Shown: in pieces, positions 49,601 through 53,500 of the stretch
Numbering within the stretch: position 1 is the first letter of the stretch
How the letters are laid out: the number at the start of each line of letters is the position of its first letter
Source of the DNA: Clostridia bacterium
GTDB lineage: Bacteria; Bacillota; Clostridia; Christensenellales; UBA1242
DNA length: 64,000 nt
Direction of reading: 5' to 3'
Assembly: GCA_045598865.1 (NCBI GenBank)
Contig: JAZRVA010000058.1
Coordinates: 15,300 to 79,299 of the forward strand
Made by a program: the position numbers and the translations under genes
The notes under the pieces: generated by a model
What the model was told of the DNA's origin: nothing
What the model saw: only the letters and a program-made list of their open reading frames with translations
Databases searched by the model: none

Positions 49601-50384
49601 TAGTGGAAAGTGCGTGTTCTACACATTTAGTGATGAAAATGGAGTAGATATTCAAAACTTTACAATGCAAAAAGATATAGAAATAACCAAAGCAACATTA
49701 GTTGTTTCTATGTTGTCTGTTGAAAAAACATATGGCGATTTGGATATCGAAAATGGTGAAAACATCGTTGTAACCGGCCTTGACGGAATAAACCCAAGCA
49801 ACTATGTTTTAGGTGTTTATTATGAAGAAGAAGGCATCACTCCTGTGGATATTTCAAGGTTTACAAATGCAGGAACTTACTATATTGTGTTAAAGCTTAG
49901 CAACAAACTTGCAGCAAATTACAATTATGAAGATTCAATAATGTGTGTTCCTTACAAAATAAACCCAAGACAAATTAAAGATTTTGATATCGTCTTAAAA
50001 TCTATGTTAAAGGAAGATGGCTCTGCGTTAAACGGAAAAATTTCAGTAGAATTTGACAAATCATTGTTTGTAGATGGTATTATCCCAGATTATGACTTGA
50101 TTTTCTCAAAAGACGGAAGAGATATAGATTCAGTTATTACAAGCGGAGAATATTATGTAACAGTTGTGTTTAATACAGATAACTATTACATAACCAAATC
50201 AAAATCCTTCCGGGTTTATGAGCCACAAACGTTTAATAATTTGATAATTGTTTTAATTGCTGTTGGCGTTGCGGTTGTGATCACAGTGGTTGTTATTGTA
50301 ACAATAAGAATAAACAGAAAGCGAGCAAGAAGAAGTATCAGCAAAGAAACAATAACAAAAAAGACAATAAACAAAGAGCAATAA
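22602..50384 (+). CDS. Giant secreted, C-terminally membrane-anchored repeat surface protein (9,260 aa), putative adhesin
   Basis: Uninterrupted 27,783-nt ORF. The N-terminus MKTNCFKKVLFCFVSAMFALAGFF is paralogous to that of giant gene 1. It has five jelly-roll-like modules, GGAI/GGVI beta-helix rungs (GGGAISTF, NGGVIYT, NGGAIYL, AGGAVYY) and about 14 kb of Ig-like modules. The C-terminal helix LIIVLIAVGVAVVITVVVIV is followed by TIRINRKRARRS. Confidence 0.9.
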   Translation: MKTNCFKKVLFCFVSAMFALAGFFGGGVLAVKTAGAGSATAGTNNLGITAASKNSLPMAYQELEYIESTGEQYIDTNTFYSSADYAIEVKCTVTTLSQNQYAAIFGTIENNESNPAFVLFGINSISGRFGKWTSSSDNTLSSGVQWVVGETHIIKATTGRLELDGQEFENGQEFSFVSSSMKLFCRGGYNSAVFYNSAYEKCRIYYCKIFNGNILVRNFVPCYEKATGKAGLYDTVEGKFYANANTSASVDFTRGPEIKTTEKLVNQARMLSGNTSIPSYLTPVEYIKSTGTQYIDSGFAPQGGVAYKVEVDFQLNYNGGENWAFAMYSDPYTWRCGGSGSLHTDSYFTYSQSTWNVRTLGKSSVTLSGSNSNNRTVLFFGQREAGIAYHVANSRLTFYSCKIWAAGKLIHQYIPVKTNAETEAYIGFTQTTAAAGTAGLYDIVDGKFYVNAGTGTFQEGTEKPSVVSEVSLERITGGKFTTLAAIESTGTQWIDTGFKIGTNSQLKADFQFSGTTNQVLVSGGSQIIPIAVYGNYLSFWVDGGDSYPSMQTISANTRYNVDYNFKNKYVNVNGTKVYDMTYSSSKTANIDSAIFVNRYGGSNSFDRYCSCKLYYLQIFDDNNIVRSFVPAMANETIATAYNGTSTVSNVAAGTVGLYDTVENKFYVNSGSNVFFAEENFDLVLEYDSTKVNSTGGGEYGLVAVEDNGDGSYTHVVEADYTTQPAGGLFAKVTDPSGELVAQGIIASVEAGDSGVTYFKFNYSSNVPTYKISIWSYDSQGYYTSNMTKASTIVYLNGQDGVDGEGYGIEYDKPVKSLTKAFQIANGLAANDVTIWVTGNNFYVGNEVDRNGNGGEPIKLETNKNINIFVASSANQAFFVFDDQDNTKEYPTYEIIFGDEDGIGSIVFDGTYCTGDLEAVFDLTPNRFEIVEFLSGVEIKNFEVEYIFDLDVGQNTSGHDVVLIDGVLFENNTVDAVVYVEDDGIATVQNSQFVNNTTTKGCVLVDNGGVATIENCVFDGNANNTGYALAINASGDVTIEGCEFLNSNSTMPVILVDGAEATLTSPLISGNTLQNVIKLQNGASLVIDGDFDAANNTISGNIINLTNSDLTINGGVFSNFVLGDKCVIDANFDDAQTHTIALTGGKFNGNIGSVLGVASTNASGKVFVNITGGEFEGNSAQNGAVLNLTGLNNVSLNVEGLIFQQNSTTLPTSFGGVLWADGLKIINFEDCQFVCNTSASGAVLWANNCAEIAIENCTFKQNVANGLKNQDASAVVISNNSLGTTATITGSTFKNNSAVAGAVIAVLGKVDLTLDSTIFDANTTSQNLAENANVLFAINNGASNLPSISFVGGQIVNTTTATIVVLDYFANFSIDGLVVKDNSCLGFVNNNGNVADCVAEVKNVQILNNQFEQNYLFNGFDEANVEGTTISGNKTNGILNKETLKFVVSNTQVLNNQFENFAFAVCNTNQLFDTVVFDSNSLGFGAIYFNTCDVNTAISQYKIEGIKFLNNTSKNGVISDLNGMVSNLIVCNNIFSGNTACLGGGAISTFGAKVSIFDNNFIGNQSVVGAEGPYVGLGGAILSGNNVIDIDYNIFDSNLAEKSGGVLAVVGATSVNIGKNASVAPEFVNNMAKSTQNSVFGGVIYINNVSAGLEIYCGNFTNNKAESGTSFLANGGVIYTNANTRIYSANFVGNSSTTNGGVVYLNDIDPTSLYIDAICARGNISGNGGFASTRSNDQTTITICDGIFESNQASQNGGVIYLIRGVLKMFGGTYSQNSAAGNGGVFCLVSSSSIMATIIDCEFLQNTAGNGGAIYLEKTLTLNLKQSTFLGNNALQAGGAVYYDGTNYNVSQKTGGKLYLTNTTISGNNAVQNGGGIYYKKQALLSLAGEIVVDANTKNGTFNTETGLYEGTNNNNLEIVKYATNENFNRNKTIIAAALTEGSKIGVTTALDSGAIEVVDVTSTVNTNYTPISSDYDYFTADDSANYALFADASALKIQKLANSTSQVVAVASNAVYEYDGEYHGIKIDVLGYNTTAGYQIYLNSSSTGSYALWYTSSTNIYEDLGEVATDTIFAKDVGTTKTIYYAVQSTGRTQATGSATVTIVKSRVYVKAEPIVTNLYVGQALSTATVTGGAVANLQNEIAGTWSWKDGSITPTAMGYAYFDMTFTPTNTAEFATLNVPVLCWVNGYDEIYFYANRGEVNGRNVLTYEATDSTGIQKCIDALNDGGKLYFASSININNYSADLNIVANNKTVYIISTLSNYPMISTGNLNSNNIKINIGMPNMTGKIVLSTNSTTYPKIIFSDANTTLNIYDGVEICGITSTDTDNVIIDIRNSTLNIYGLEIYNCNLANDVAYFGNSSIVNIYNMSVHDCNISGDNYTMLFAGTANIYNLQAYNNTAGLGAGLCINSANVSLFNVKVHHNTASTYGGGIYLSQNPKLIENLEVYENAAVMGGGIYVNANSGKISSTKQNGIKLYNNRAIGAELTEGVYTEGNGGAVYATKDFTIKNAQISGNIASNNGGGIMAKGNLTTNNVEITNNQVLTTQEISASSSVGAYQQVEYIESTGTQWIDTGLKSTTKTRLEITLLPTNQNADERFFGVYPNGLILAQYMGRWRYGANLDSIDVEIDYENPTTVIVENGHWSFNSNNNSVNKNSSGPQNSNCDLPVFNSIYNNNYLGSVSMKLYSLKIYEDGELLRNFVPVYCISGENAGKYGLYDTVTETFFGNQATSGNDFVGGNPTGVYYGSYQVAAGGAWVGSAIDAKSSNTRVENNGVNVTDLSGTLGTADVYALGGGIYIGDMANINSTLSNFVVANNYISSKYEYAKASGAGIATNNNLTLSNTQVYGSYFTGSFNVNARGFAQIAQIAEGKTLTIANSSVTGEDSITAEIGGYEGYVVEGLVDLSAGINLLNLGDNPAPLSVASGKMLKENSKIFVFTTSANAGEKVAQVSSNSANNANLLSALKVFGNSGYFDVEISGSFVVLKVPAKRTEVYINTNSGNIDGDGSDSSKVKTLGKALSLAANGATIYVEGKITIGSSNPNENITLSDQLKFIHLDTSVTMFHVYSGSTLTLQNVCLNANNQSICLVQVDAGATLNICDGAKITGSTTTNIGSGAILNKGTTNIFGGEISGNTSTNLIYNESVLNITGGVITNNSVSYCINSKGGSVNISGLTVSNNAVVGGVVYATNSANVSTHQSANFIGNTLTTLNHATMGIFNIVSSTLTIDGGLFESNIGSVIYATKANSGEKSNVTIANATFLLNSTTENGAVVWVKNALVTLNQGNLFEGNTANKFGGAIYVECGEVSSITGKITKGLIVNDGTFVNNTANQGGAICFDKDAQAVIKNACFNGNTAGTGGAICLKGTTGFVVENASFKNNHAVYGEGKDGKGGAISVVGAVDNVQNANPTTNLIVFNANIVGNTAGKFGGAIYLEYAVATIQYATISGNSATESSAKGGAMAVMGSVLNIVSGNYLQNTASGTLGKGHTIYVDKADNGDAVSSTLNITGGTIISQETTPFASNTGSVHVANGTTNVGQNAYIFGNTQNLFLAPKGISIPGFQAVEYIQSSGEQYINTNYTLNSPNIELNFEMELIGDNVRNIVQIVPNVTGSYFGWGNDAGGNNYNLFLNTEYVNDVHYISLRHSAGMLKIPTGNTKHFNAKFVANSSSMEFSVNGETESTSISHVSYKGNIYLFQSNGGSAYGRGHRAIKLYRWTLYNNSTLVRDFIPVKATQAVDASKVSTGVAQPAGTVGLYDLVNEIFYVNSGTGTFEGPVKGGVEESQPLVITEAFEEGAKVGVTTQNTGSYTLFGSASHVATLKQADYAAFVVADDTTNCRIDLNQNKLYMAKKQADSLSYVATDYIGQYDGASHGIDFAFTYQPANVNDAVFAEATLDSSGNLVVPTSWVNAQPAFDSGSHIVAFKISGSALSEPIIDYRKVVITNAEPVIVQNPTVNSLLYNVDYGQGGRTPPSFIGGRAEYNGRIVSGRFSWTQTSFRYDNIGDQTAYVTFTPTNTKAYGSVSFEMNVKVKAENVYYKDGHFYLDADCTQQTDLANMQDAITSLVANGKVYIRSTYSVSSTEYWVPDNNVTIVRHNSYTSGNLIEVESAGNLTIGRDENGDVSVYNLTLAGGAVISGSTNSGFKATSGSLIYTTDNAKLKICGNVFINQSESEANAAIYVNGASEFGIYGYKDQENPNTVQITNNWAKNGAALYVKNCSNAVIDGVLITGNKMTRQESSSGVITFEDSSVLIKSANITSNTSANKGGAMVLISTDAATPCTVELKPDTLNKEISVTYNTCISNTFDIGENCYLKVYSCIVEDNTSSSGDGSFAAISANYDAANAKSGLMFLANDEGKNSSILVRGSVYLTYPVSGSDLPVIVQKTSLDSNSEITIQVSDLARISVGTMFVKKVDFTDAILDEYGLSVYSLATNLQNADWYIAEITQHNTASVSGTTNNSLEFGQDFTLQVYNRQGDSNAYEELNVKYGKKYSDYFSSTQISDGTNTYSLSYSGFEVDGFKLRTGNTIEVYIPYNLDDINDQIYCGKNIHVSWKVSNPIVQLTVNTLTATYGEQVVLTANILNYNDSGVFEYEYNWFYCAAGADSFDYEESLGHGNSLTLTTVAESGKYHVAVTAKYKLTGNDYFGTSNDLEITISPKNVKINLQKQEFEYTGLQIDVRYLNGANSTDGSNIIVVEGLAYSEDESVLGLTYSGNQQTNANPSGYYEVTINCSSQNYQIVNTSGEVNNVFAWRITPRVLQIANWVDALHSNDVSHELNIYSMAYETDEFNRHIVMPAWQNVYSSDVVVVEAQVKDNSNVVVGTYYFYVSSTTTSSAFVSAIDKNPLEPSNILNVTGFYQVGRYTTELTGVCSNTNYTVDLNNASFVWNITGAQAFIDLWQVEGGSYPHSTYSSSGISVDYTGNNYKIAVSMKDSRGNSITSNLTVRVTISGQEANGLSSSGQFEAGTTIEPIVWEYNVSSLVIVGNSINLDLSSGCIGNIKNAGTYTISVDIVAEESYYFKASEASYQITLTINKAKVQLDWGIYTYVNNKNSADIGSYYFYTDVENHPQASGSYDPTKTYYFIKVPSYTLETNKTQEDFDAGLYFVYVNDTYRKANYGGATFDVNVAYYTCDNTVVYSAQNNRLGIEKVTLSSSTTTIDFGNFGFNVSGDYNLIRNAGNYTAYAQIWGENSHNYEIANGSDEFNWQITKAYLEISWPTQTVYEFSNSNVDFKPTIIGLKSADTHNLLIENSCTSDVTNNSTSAIGEYTCTIEPTNLNSNYTLGEQGLSQNWSIIQKVLRFEWYEYDNGVETGNKYIPTSTDSVWNPYYDGKTKELVPRIKDKVPGFEDVYFTVATSNSGFRNAGDYSKSIDKNVSITGNDALYYSFAENDASYLANWRILQKEVTFTWSESTLVYSKSEQSVVATIVGIVEGDSVNIVYSTDTIPDTSNRYTQAASQVGNYVAKIASLENPNYTFNQNGDTIYCAWSIVPKAIEITWNLVGFSGNSGIYSGSAIYVDSAIAKTGEVFEGEDAQIGLTYYLGDTVIGSKTNIIDVGTYRAEASITGANSTNYVLKEGFTEYTWSITPLPLQFSWSYIGDTTYYDASLSNGGSPAARYYKPEISNLKTRDALTITATFNGFDKLIPVDSGNYTYDEYDSALLAGAINAGIYQVDITAISGTNSANYTLEGATGTSKQWRIDPATLDIADGLFTVIYTTSNPTSTPYIYNSFNQTVEITVKNTHKTDAVLTVNADYWVSNNTQTDAGNYNATVELSGNFKFVNSGTELKSYSVPWQIDKKTVSLTWSYTQTQYNGGVITNVATVIDTCGSDVVNVSEYATTSISAGHANYAQYKVKNYAYTATDVGKYLAKANAVNNTNYKLPDSAESCEKEWEITARNVTINWVGVNITTDSKVYDKTASYFSPTIEGAISAATVVLETTYYYYDSANTTWKECTNGYADCVNVNRYKCATRLDSSAGSQSYILAGTVEKEWEITPKALNFVWSGTTFIYNSTQISPTVSSITGVCAGDTVSSADIILSGDTNRSNVGNYTTTISGIRNNNNYTATGSTTATINWSIIPKQLKIEWITVGVISNNWIYNVTAKYYKPQIKAGDVIGSEQVNLSYSISYTNPSGTTQNFTVFDNCINAGSYTLTVSVLTGDNAGNYSISEVQSADMSRVWTISPKDLTFTWGQSTFSYNGQYQSVSAEINTSVLDSIYQNDIQSSGVGITSDGYTGHTGKDCGSYTAIITKLNNTNYTISTNSGSGSTLNWSITPLTVVVLWTGVNIDDVAVGTPSAVYSKQTIEFIPTVANVLPVYVDDGTGGYTTQLDGNGNVIKEQVYINYQTTYGLTPVTEYVSAGTYTRTIQAGSVSLTGTNAGNYTVENIITKSWIISQINVKFKNPSAAYQYNGQEQKLTVSLVDPTTENDVIITGDSVYATYTDPGESAVSDYRKKDAGTYTPTIALGGSSSANYNLVTTATGTTASFDITKVTLSVSWEQETYSYTYSGLAQYPTPTVTGAQGNDRPYIFVYYYDKGSNDWQSYAAQPTLAGRYKVEVELTSEAITNYNITGDSKTFTIGSASVTYEVVPLKMGDLDAHDNTILMVIIYGLQEQTAQSPAGDVSINYITPPTGLINAIEPGTLSSTNITQTPYYVNYSDIINTYLTGNYSYAFIEYAEYNDAANGYEPEITFVSSRNDVKGYNYADISNFTGIGKTLYPANSPQAQVNTFYYNSLDNEFVLLNSSSALTVTYADTISFYVTGGTNLSANDYQLQINNVLASCSNGTSNYIAIDGGYYFVRVVPYASGSELSSFANATSYTSGGGIVSSAPMSVGAARFDVTFTYSNSSVGNMDLRIGGYKSEGEILNGPSYNYAVSTSVLVTVNKKEVSMKAPNATMVYKTPGLEIDAGQSIQILSGALPADEASIIAATEVILATGTYDIKPAGVDDNGISLALNHPNYVLNGVTLGKLTVTGMPLTDGMDGIVIHVDDSNCIYNGFAQTPSVTASYNSVTLTFSQTLVYENNINAGDDAVVKLTLTGNYTGTLSAKFTIQKMNIASAVFDSYLTSSEAYTGSNITKQLVNNNISYVKTANGADLLEGVSRDFTVSFVNNLNAGTATIIFTGSNNNVTGTTTLNFAITPKVISDANFTYTFDSGYADKTFVFTGGIIKPKVIYLFSAQEGISFKFDGNSYKYYVEGQSVESNPISVGNYVVTVTILGDANSVFNNYTGTASLAFSIVPLDITGNQNFYISDIANQTYQIAAIEPTIFAYWKTSTIPSESPRSATYNSTEDAYQLTFNDDYTITYENNTNKGTAVVRLTGQNDFKGTISKTFTIVAKNISAEDPNIICSVSTTFHYTGRQITPAAQDILATYAAAGSNTNITFDILNYAENITVRTAAQIANGENIASVTISGTGNYTGTKVIPFTIYQAQLNQDSALSISLEYGVYQYTGSAITPNIETINYRPSGANYTLYLQSTDYEIDYYQNNVNVSAIGATIHILFKGNYTGSYDYTFNIQSKPFDPNEYVITAVSHDLETTAPDTDLGSKTYVYTDPASSGITLDNIYVYKFSEDGGTYTYTRLTELSDYEVVYENNKNAGTAYVRVLGRGNYSGELSNLFVINPANITDISVLFDELQNQIYTGLSIVPEVHASYNGYALQLNKDYVVSITTGSTNINVRTAAQIASGENIASITVEGTNNFTGTKNLTFTIDPKDISDQIVVELESNEQQYTGFAIYPNAKVYFLDTQTILILNADYEVSYGQNTNANTSGTVTVNGIGNYTGSKTAQFSIVPRSFETNVNDFVFGMNAGKTIYYTKNPITFNASTFAEYFTIQYVKQSGDLLVADIQRDLVCGTDFEIVENSFTNNTNVGIATFTIRGLNADFTGDYTCSFVITARPYADDENWTVELLENNYVSSQDLYVYRYTGVQIKPKPVVKYFGGQALEEGVDYTLSYVYNQSISHTLEDTTWQQKAGLSGLPTVTITFKGNYSGVANKTFAIAQKQLTLSDLTIRTRENVIYYTGSQIKLDFDDLIIVVNATDGSQAYQITQNDIDVNQDGSLKIECNDDNLNVGPASMKIYFGGEVFTGEVVFGFEISKANIQNTHVIDSIFDSELYTGAQITKNFENIIFLGSLALVEDNDFTVEYTENTNVGTAFVTITGINNFEGTKLIKFNIQPRTLSSTEIKLDNIHDVVYNYGKEITIEDLTLYYVDNSVEPEREIEVENFEVFFTLGQEEGDDYRTARKLVMGTDYVIYEYRNNINIGEATIVLSGINNFRGVFFKTFNIVTRNINQLDNQIVLSQSYDHVFTGEEIEYDSFSVEIDQKETIQITNVTYQNNLNVGTATITFSLSGNYTATDIELSFEISQKQYDSSEFTIPYISNQVKRVPAVRIEPVFGNATYTTEEISFVNESGTTIILVQDVDYTLDYPEEGNKEFGLGYVYITFIGNYTGSATRGFSIVKGTPSQAEFEATIGDYYVIPKDALTIRNAKYGEVSTLEDLIIVNSSGIEIERNVLYWNNKNQLVIGVGEITANATFNPNREDYNDLTVVLTFTIEKGEYKNINPYEDVATEGYLEVPYRFGLTLSDIALPRGFSWQTPEENLTNTIIQAEEQYKQFVFTADYDRFPEYYNKTSVSVTLRIVRGTLNAKTFEHPALTIPYRENLKLASIGIVTPGYSWIDDENQSLQDLLVVNGSEGEYFRMFYNPQQDTNFVESVFGSKTNYNAMEVNVRVYVTKATYLRQTVLKALGNFEVENKPYKEGLTLGMLNINLPQGFVFANLGQMLYFGQNECPIVYNYNSSVNPNYNAYGEDLSERITITINVVSPRIKSTLKPTDPEVVETQNSEFAISRTWNTNLQNNGASVPLVVYYYDEYEDVWTEISGSAVWYSGEELLQTVGYITRQAKFVADNKNFTENKEFLLQDVTVLIKGENVRNSLLNFVNDSLVYSPTSTLQRMSKVTTSKTSLQFIDSITYAYQRIYTFNGEEMVDPNVYELNSSVVLNAGKYRITAYFNSGKCVFYTFSDENGVDIQNFTMQKDIEITKATLVVSMLSVEKTYGDLDIENGENIVVTGLDGINPSNYVLGVYYEEEGITPVDISRFTNAGTYYIVLKLSNKLAANYNYEDSIMCVPYKINPRQIKDFDIVLKSMLKEDGSALNGKISVEFDKSLFVDGIIPDYDLIFSKDGRDIDSVITSGEYYVTVVFNTDNYYITKSKSFRVYEPQTFNNLIIVLIAVGVAVVITVVVIVTIRINRKRARRSISKETITKKTINKEQ
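22767..24630 (+). other. Three tandem jelly-roll/LamG-like modules at the N-terminus of giant gene 2
   Basis: Module starts are LPMAYQELEYIESTGEQYIDTN (22767), LTPVEYIKSTGTQYIDSGF (23442) and KFTTLAAIESTGTQWIDTGF (24036). Module ends are GLYDTVEGKFYANA, GLYDIVDGKFYVNAGTGTF and GLYDTVENKFYVNSGSNVF. Confidence 0.55.
30261..30815 (+). other. Jelly-roll/LamG-like module, giant gene 2 copy 4
   Basis: Starts VGAYQQVEYIESTGTQWIDTGLK and ends KYGLYDTVTETFFGNQATSG. Confidence 0.5.
33267..33916 (+). other. Jelly-roll/LamG-like module, giant gene 2 copy 5
   Basis: Starts IPGFQAVEYIQSSGEQYINTN and ends TVGLYDLVNEIFYVNSGTGTFEGP. Confidence 0.5.
36258..42330 (+). repeat. Array of Ig-like modules joined by a W-x-I-x-P/K junction motif (protein-level tandem repeat)
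   Basis: I count about 15 junctions. Examples are FAWRITPRVLQI, NWQITKAYLEISW, QNWSIIQKVLRFEW, CAWSIVPKAIEITW, KEWEITPKALNFVW, INWSIIPKQLKIEW and LNWSITPLTVVVLW. Each is preceded by an N-A-G-x-Y...NY-x-L/I segment, which is MBG/YDG-like. Confidence 0.6.
43497..47965 (+). repeat. Array of ~85-95-aa Ig-like modules with a YTG...NN-x-N-x-GTA...GNYTG...F-x-I signature
   Basis: About 16 module ends are visible. Examples are GNYTGTLSAKFTIQKMNI, GTGNYTGTKVIPFTIYQAQL, KGNYTGSYDYTFNIQSKPF, GIGNYTGSKTAQFSIVPRSF, GINNFEGTKLIKFNIQPRTL and IGNYTGSATRGFSIVKG. Confidence 0.6.
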
Positions 50385-50392
50385 GGTTTGGT

Positions 50393-50427
50393 TAAAAAAA
50401 TACGGCAAGAAATTGCCGTATTTTTTG
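50393..50427 (+). terminator. Rho-independent terminator of giant gene 2
   Basis: 8-bp stem tacggcaa (50401-08) / ttgccgta (50413-20), GAAA tetraloop, A7 upstream and T6 downstream. Confidence 0.85.
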
Positions 50428-50455
50428 TCATTTCGACCAAAAAAACCCGCCACTA

Positions 50456-50484
50456 TTGACACTTTTCTGTTTACTATGTATAAT
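50456..50484 (+). promoter_or_regulatory. Consensus sigma-70 promoter for the GLUG-repeat gene
   Basis: TTGACA (50456-61) - 17 nt - TATAAT (50479-84), a perfect match to both hexamers with optimal spacing. The ATG at 50509 lies about 25 nt downstream and is preceded by ttggggg. Confidence 0.65.
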
Positions 50485-50508
50485 ATCATAAACAAATTGG
50501 GGGTTTGT

Positions 50509-53500
50509 ATGAAAAGATTTTTAATGTTTTTGGTAATTGCCATAGCAGTTGTTAGTTTAGGGCTTACCGTTTATTACCTCTCGGCAGACAACGAGGTAAT
50601 ATATATTAAAAGCTCTTTTTTGGTGGTTAATAAATACGATAATATTTATGTTGCCGATGGTAATAACGATTTGTTAGATTTTAAAAATAGAAGCGAGTAT
50701 ACAACTCTTTCTTACTCTTCGGAAAATGATGATGTTTTGCAGTATAACGCAAACGAAGGCTTTTTCACGGCAAAAGTTGGTGGAGAAAGCAAAATTATTG
50801 TAAAAACTTCAAACAGCAATTACGCAAGGTTAGTAGTGGATGTTTTGGTTTGTGACGGCACACCTGAATATCCATATATGATTAACTCAGAGGCAGCTTT
50901 GAAAAAAATTGGCACCACAGACGAATTTACAACAGATATGTGCTATAAGCTTTCAAACAACATAGAGCTAACAGAAAAATGGGTTCCAATAGCAAATTAT
51001 AGCGGTGTTTTTGATGGCAATTTTTATACAATTAGTAATGTAAATATAGATGATAGTTGTTTAACCACAAACACAGACGTTGGCTTTTTCTCAACTTTGC
51101 AAAAAACAGCATGTGTAAAAAATTTGTTTTTAACAAATGTAAACATAAGTGTTTCTGCAAACAACGTTGGCGCAATAGCAGGTTCAAATTCCGGCTTAAT
51201 TCAAACCAGCCAAGTGGCCCTTGCAACAATCAAAAATAGTTTGGAAAGCGGCACATCATATATTGGCGGAATTGTTGGAAGAAACCTTTATGACAATGCA
51301 GTAGAAAAAATTGATAGATGCGGTTTTGACGGAATAATAACCTTAGAAAAAACAAATAAAATTGCAGGGGGCATAGCAGGCTTAAACCAATATGGCGTTA
51401 TAAGCGAGAGTTATTCAAGAGCAGTTGTAAATAATAATGATAACAATTTTGGTGGAATTGTTGGTGAAAATAACGGAACTGCAAAAAAACTTGCAAATAT
51501 TTACGATTGCTACTATTATATGCCAGCCTTGGGTGAAAATATTGTTCCAACAAAAGTGTATGGCATAGCTTACCAAAACAAAGAAGATAGTCAAACCAGA
51601 AACATAGTAACAGGTAACTATCATGGCGGAATTTATTTAGAAGAAGCAATTGCAGGTTTAACAGCAGATTCTTTTGAATCTTCTTCAAATGGTTATTTAA
51701 ATTCTAAATTAGTTAATTTGGAACCTGTGCAATTTACAAATAAAAACAGCTTTATAACAACAAAAAGTTTGGACCAATCAAAGGAGAATAGATACTGGAA
51801 TTTTGATTCCGTTTGGGAAATTCCAAATAAATCAGATTACCCAGTTCTTAACGTTTATTCTTCTGTTGCTTCCACATATATTATCGACGTTTCAAATATC
51901 ACAACGGATAAAACAATCACAACGGCCCAAGAATTCTATGATGTTCTAGCAAGCAATACCACAGAAACATATAAACTTGCAAGGGATATTTCTTTTGATG
52001 ATTTTTATTGGGGAGATAGCACACACCCAATTCCAGAAACTTTTAATGGCAGTATCATAAATCCAAATAGTTATGTTTTGTCAAACATAAAAATCCATAA
52101 TAACCAGGAAAATGGCAATGTCGGTCTTGTAAAAGAACTATCAGCAAGTTCTGTTATAAGTGGATTGATAATTAATAAAGTTACAATAGATGGAGAAAAG
52201 GCAAGCAGAGTTGGTGTGTTGGCTGCAATCAGCCATGGCGCAAATGTTTATAACTTAACAATCGAAAATGTAACAGTTAATATCCAAGGCCAAGCTTACG
52301 GAACAGTTTTTGGTTTTGCAAAATCATATTCTGGTCATGGAATAAACGATGTAAATATTTCCGGCGTTAAAGGAGAAAACAGTTACTTCGATTATGCTGG
52401 CGGTGTTGTGGGCATAAACTTAACAGATATTACAATTGAGGGCTCAGTTTATAACAACGTTTACGCTGTAAATCTTGTTGCTCATTATTTTGGTGGAGTG
52501 GCAGGCTTAAATGGCGGGAAAATAGAAAAAACAACCGCATATAATATTACATTTGATAAAGAACAAAATGAAGATAGTTTTGCCACTATTTATAGCGGAA
52601 AATCAAACATATTCGTTGGTGGAATTTGTGCATCAAACGAAGCAAAAGTAAATTCCGTTGTAAACAAAGGCTCAGTTTCAGATGTTTATGTTTCCTTAAA
52701 AATTAACACAAAAACTGGTGTAAGCTACATTATTTATGCTGGTGGCGTTGCAGCATATAACGGAAGCAACATTTCAAGGGCTTATGTAACAAACACAAAA
52801 ATAGAGGTTGTTGGCTCTCAATCAGTTGTTGCTGGTGGTGTGGTTGGGTATAACAGCGGTTTGATAACAAAATCGGTTGTAGATAAAACTTGCAGCATAG
52901 ACACATCAATCACATCATCTGTTGGCGCAACAAAAGATAACGACAGATATATATTAAACACTAATAATTGTAGCATAGTTGGTGGATTGGTTGGCTTTGA
53001 TGCAGACACAACAAGTTCTTCCCAAACGATATATCAGTGTGCATCTTTAATGCAAAAAATCAAAGGTTATTATGCTGGTGGTATCACAGGCATTTCAAGG
53101 GGCAATATTTCTCAAACTTATTGTGGAAATAGCACCCTTGTAAATGGTGGAGTTTCCATAACGGGATACATGACAGGTGGTTTTAGTGCAGTCACTGCTG
53201 GCGGATATTTCAAAACATGCTATGCTTTCTGTGCATTAAACAGCGTAAATTATGGCGGAAGTTACAAGGATGTAACATCAGCACTCAAAATGGATGTTAG
53301 TTGCATGGGCGGCTTCTCAGTGTTTGTGTTTGGCACAGCAAGCGTGGAAAATTCATATTGCGTTGTTTCATTTAACGGAAATGGCGTAAGTTATGCATCT
53401 TGTGCACAGGGTTACAATGGCGGAACAATAAACAACTGCGCTTACGAAACTGTTGGCTCAGTTAGCACTTCATATGGCACACATGTTTTAAAAGAAAATA

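Noticed and set aside
50413-50508. Upstream start (50413) for the GLUG-repeat gene
   Set aside because: It would place the start inside the terminator of giant gene 2 and upstream of the consensus promoter. The ATG at 50509 begins a proper signal/anchor sequence.
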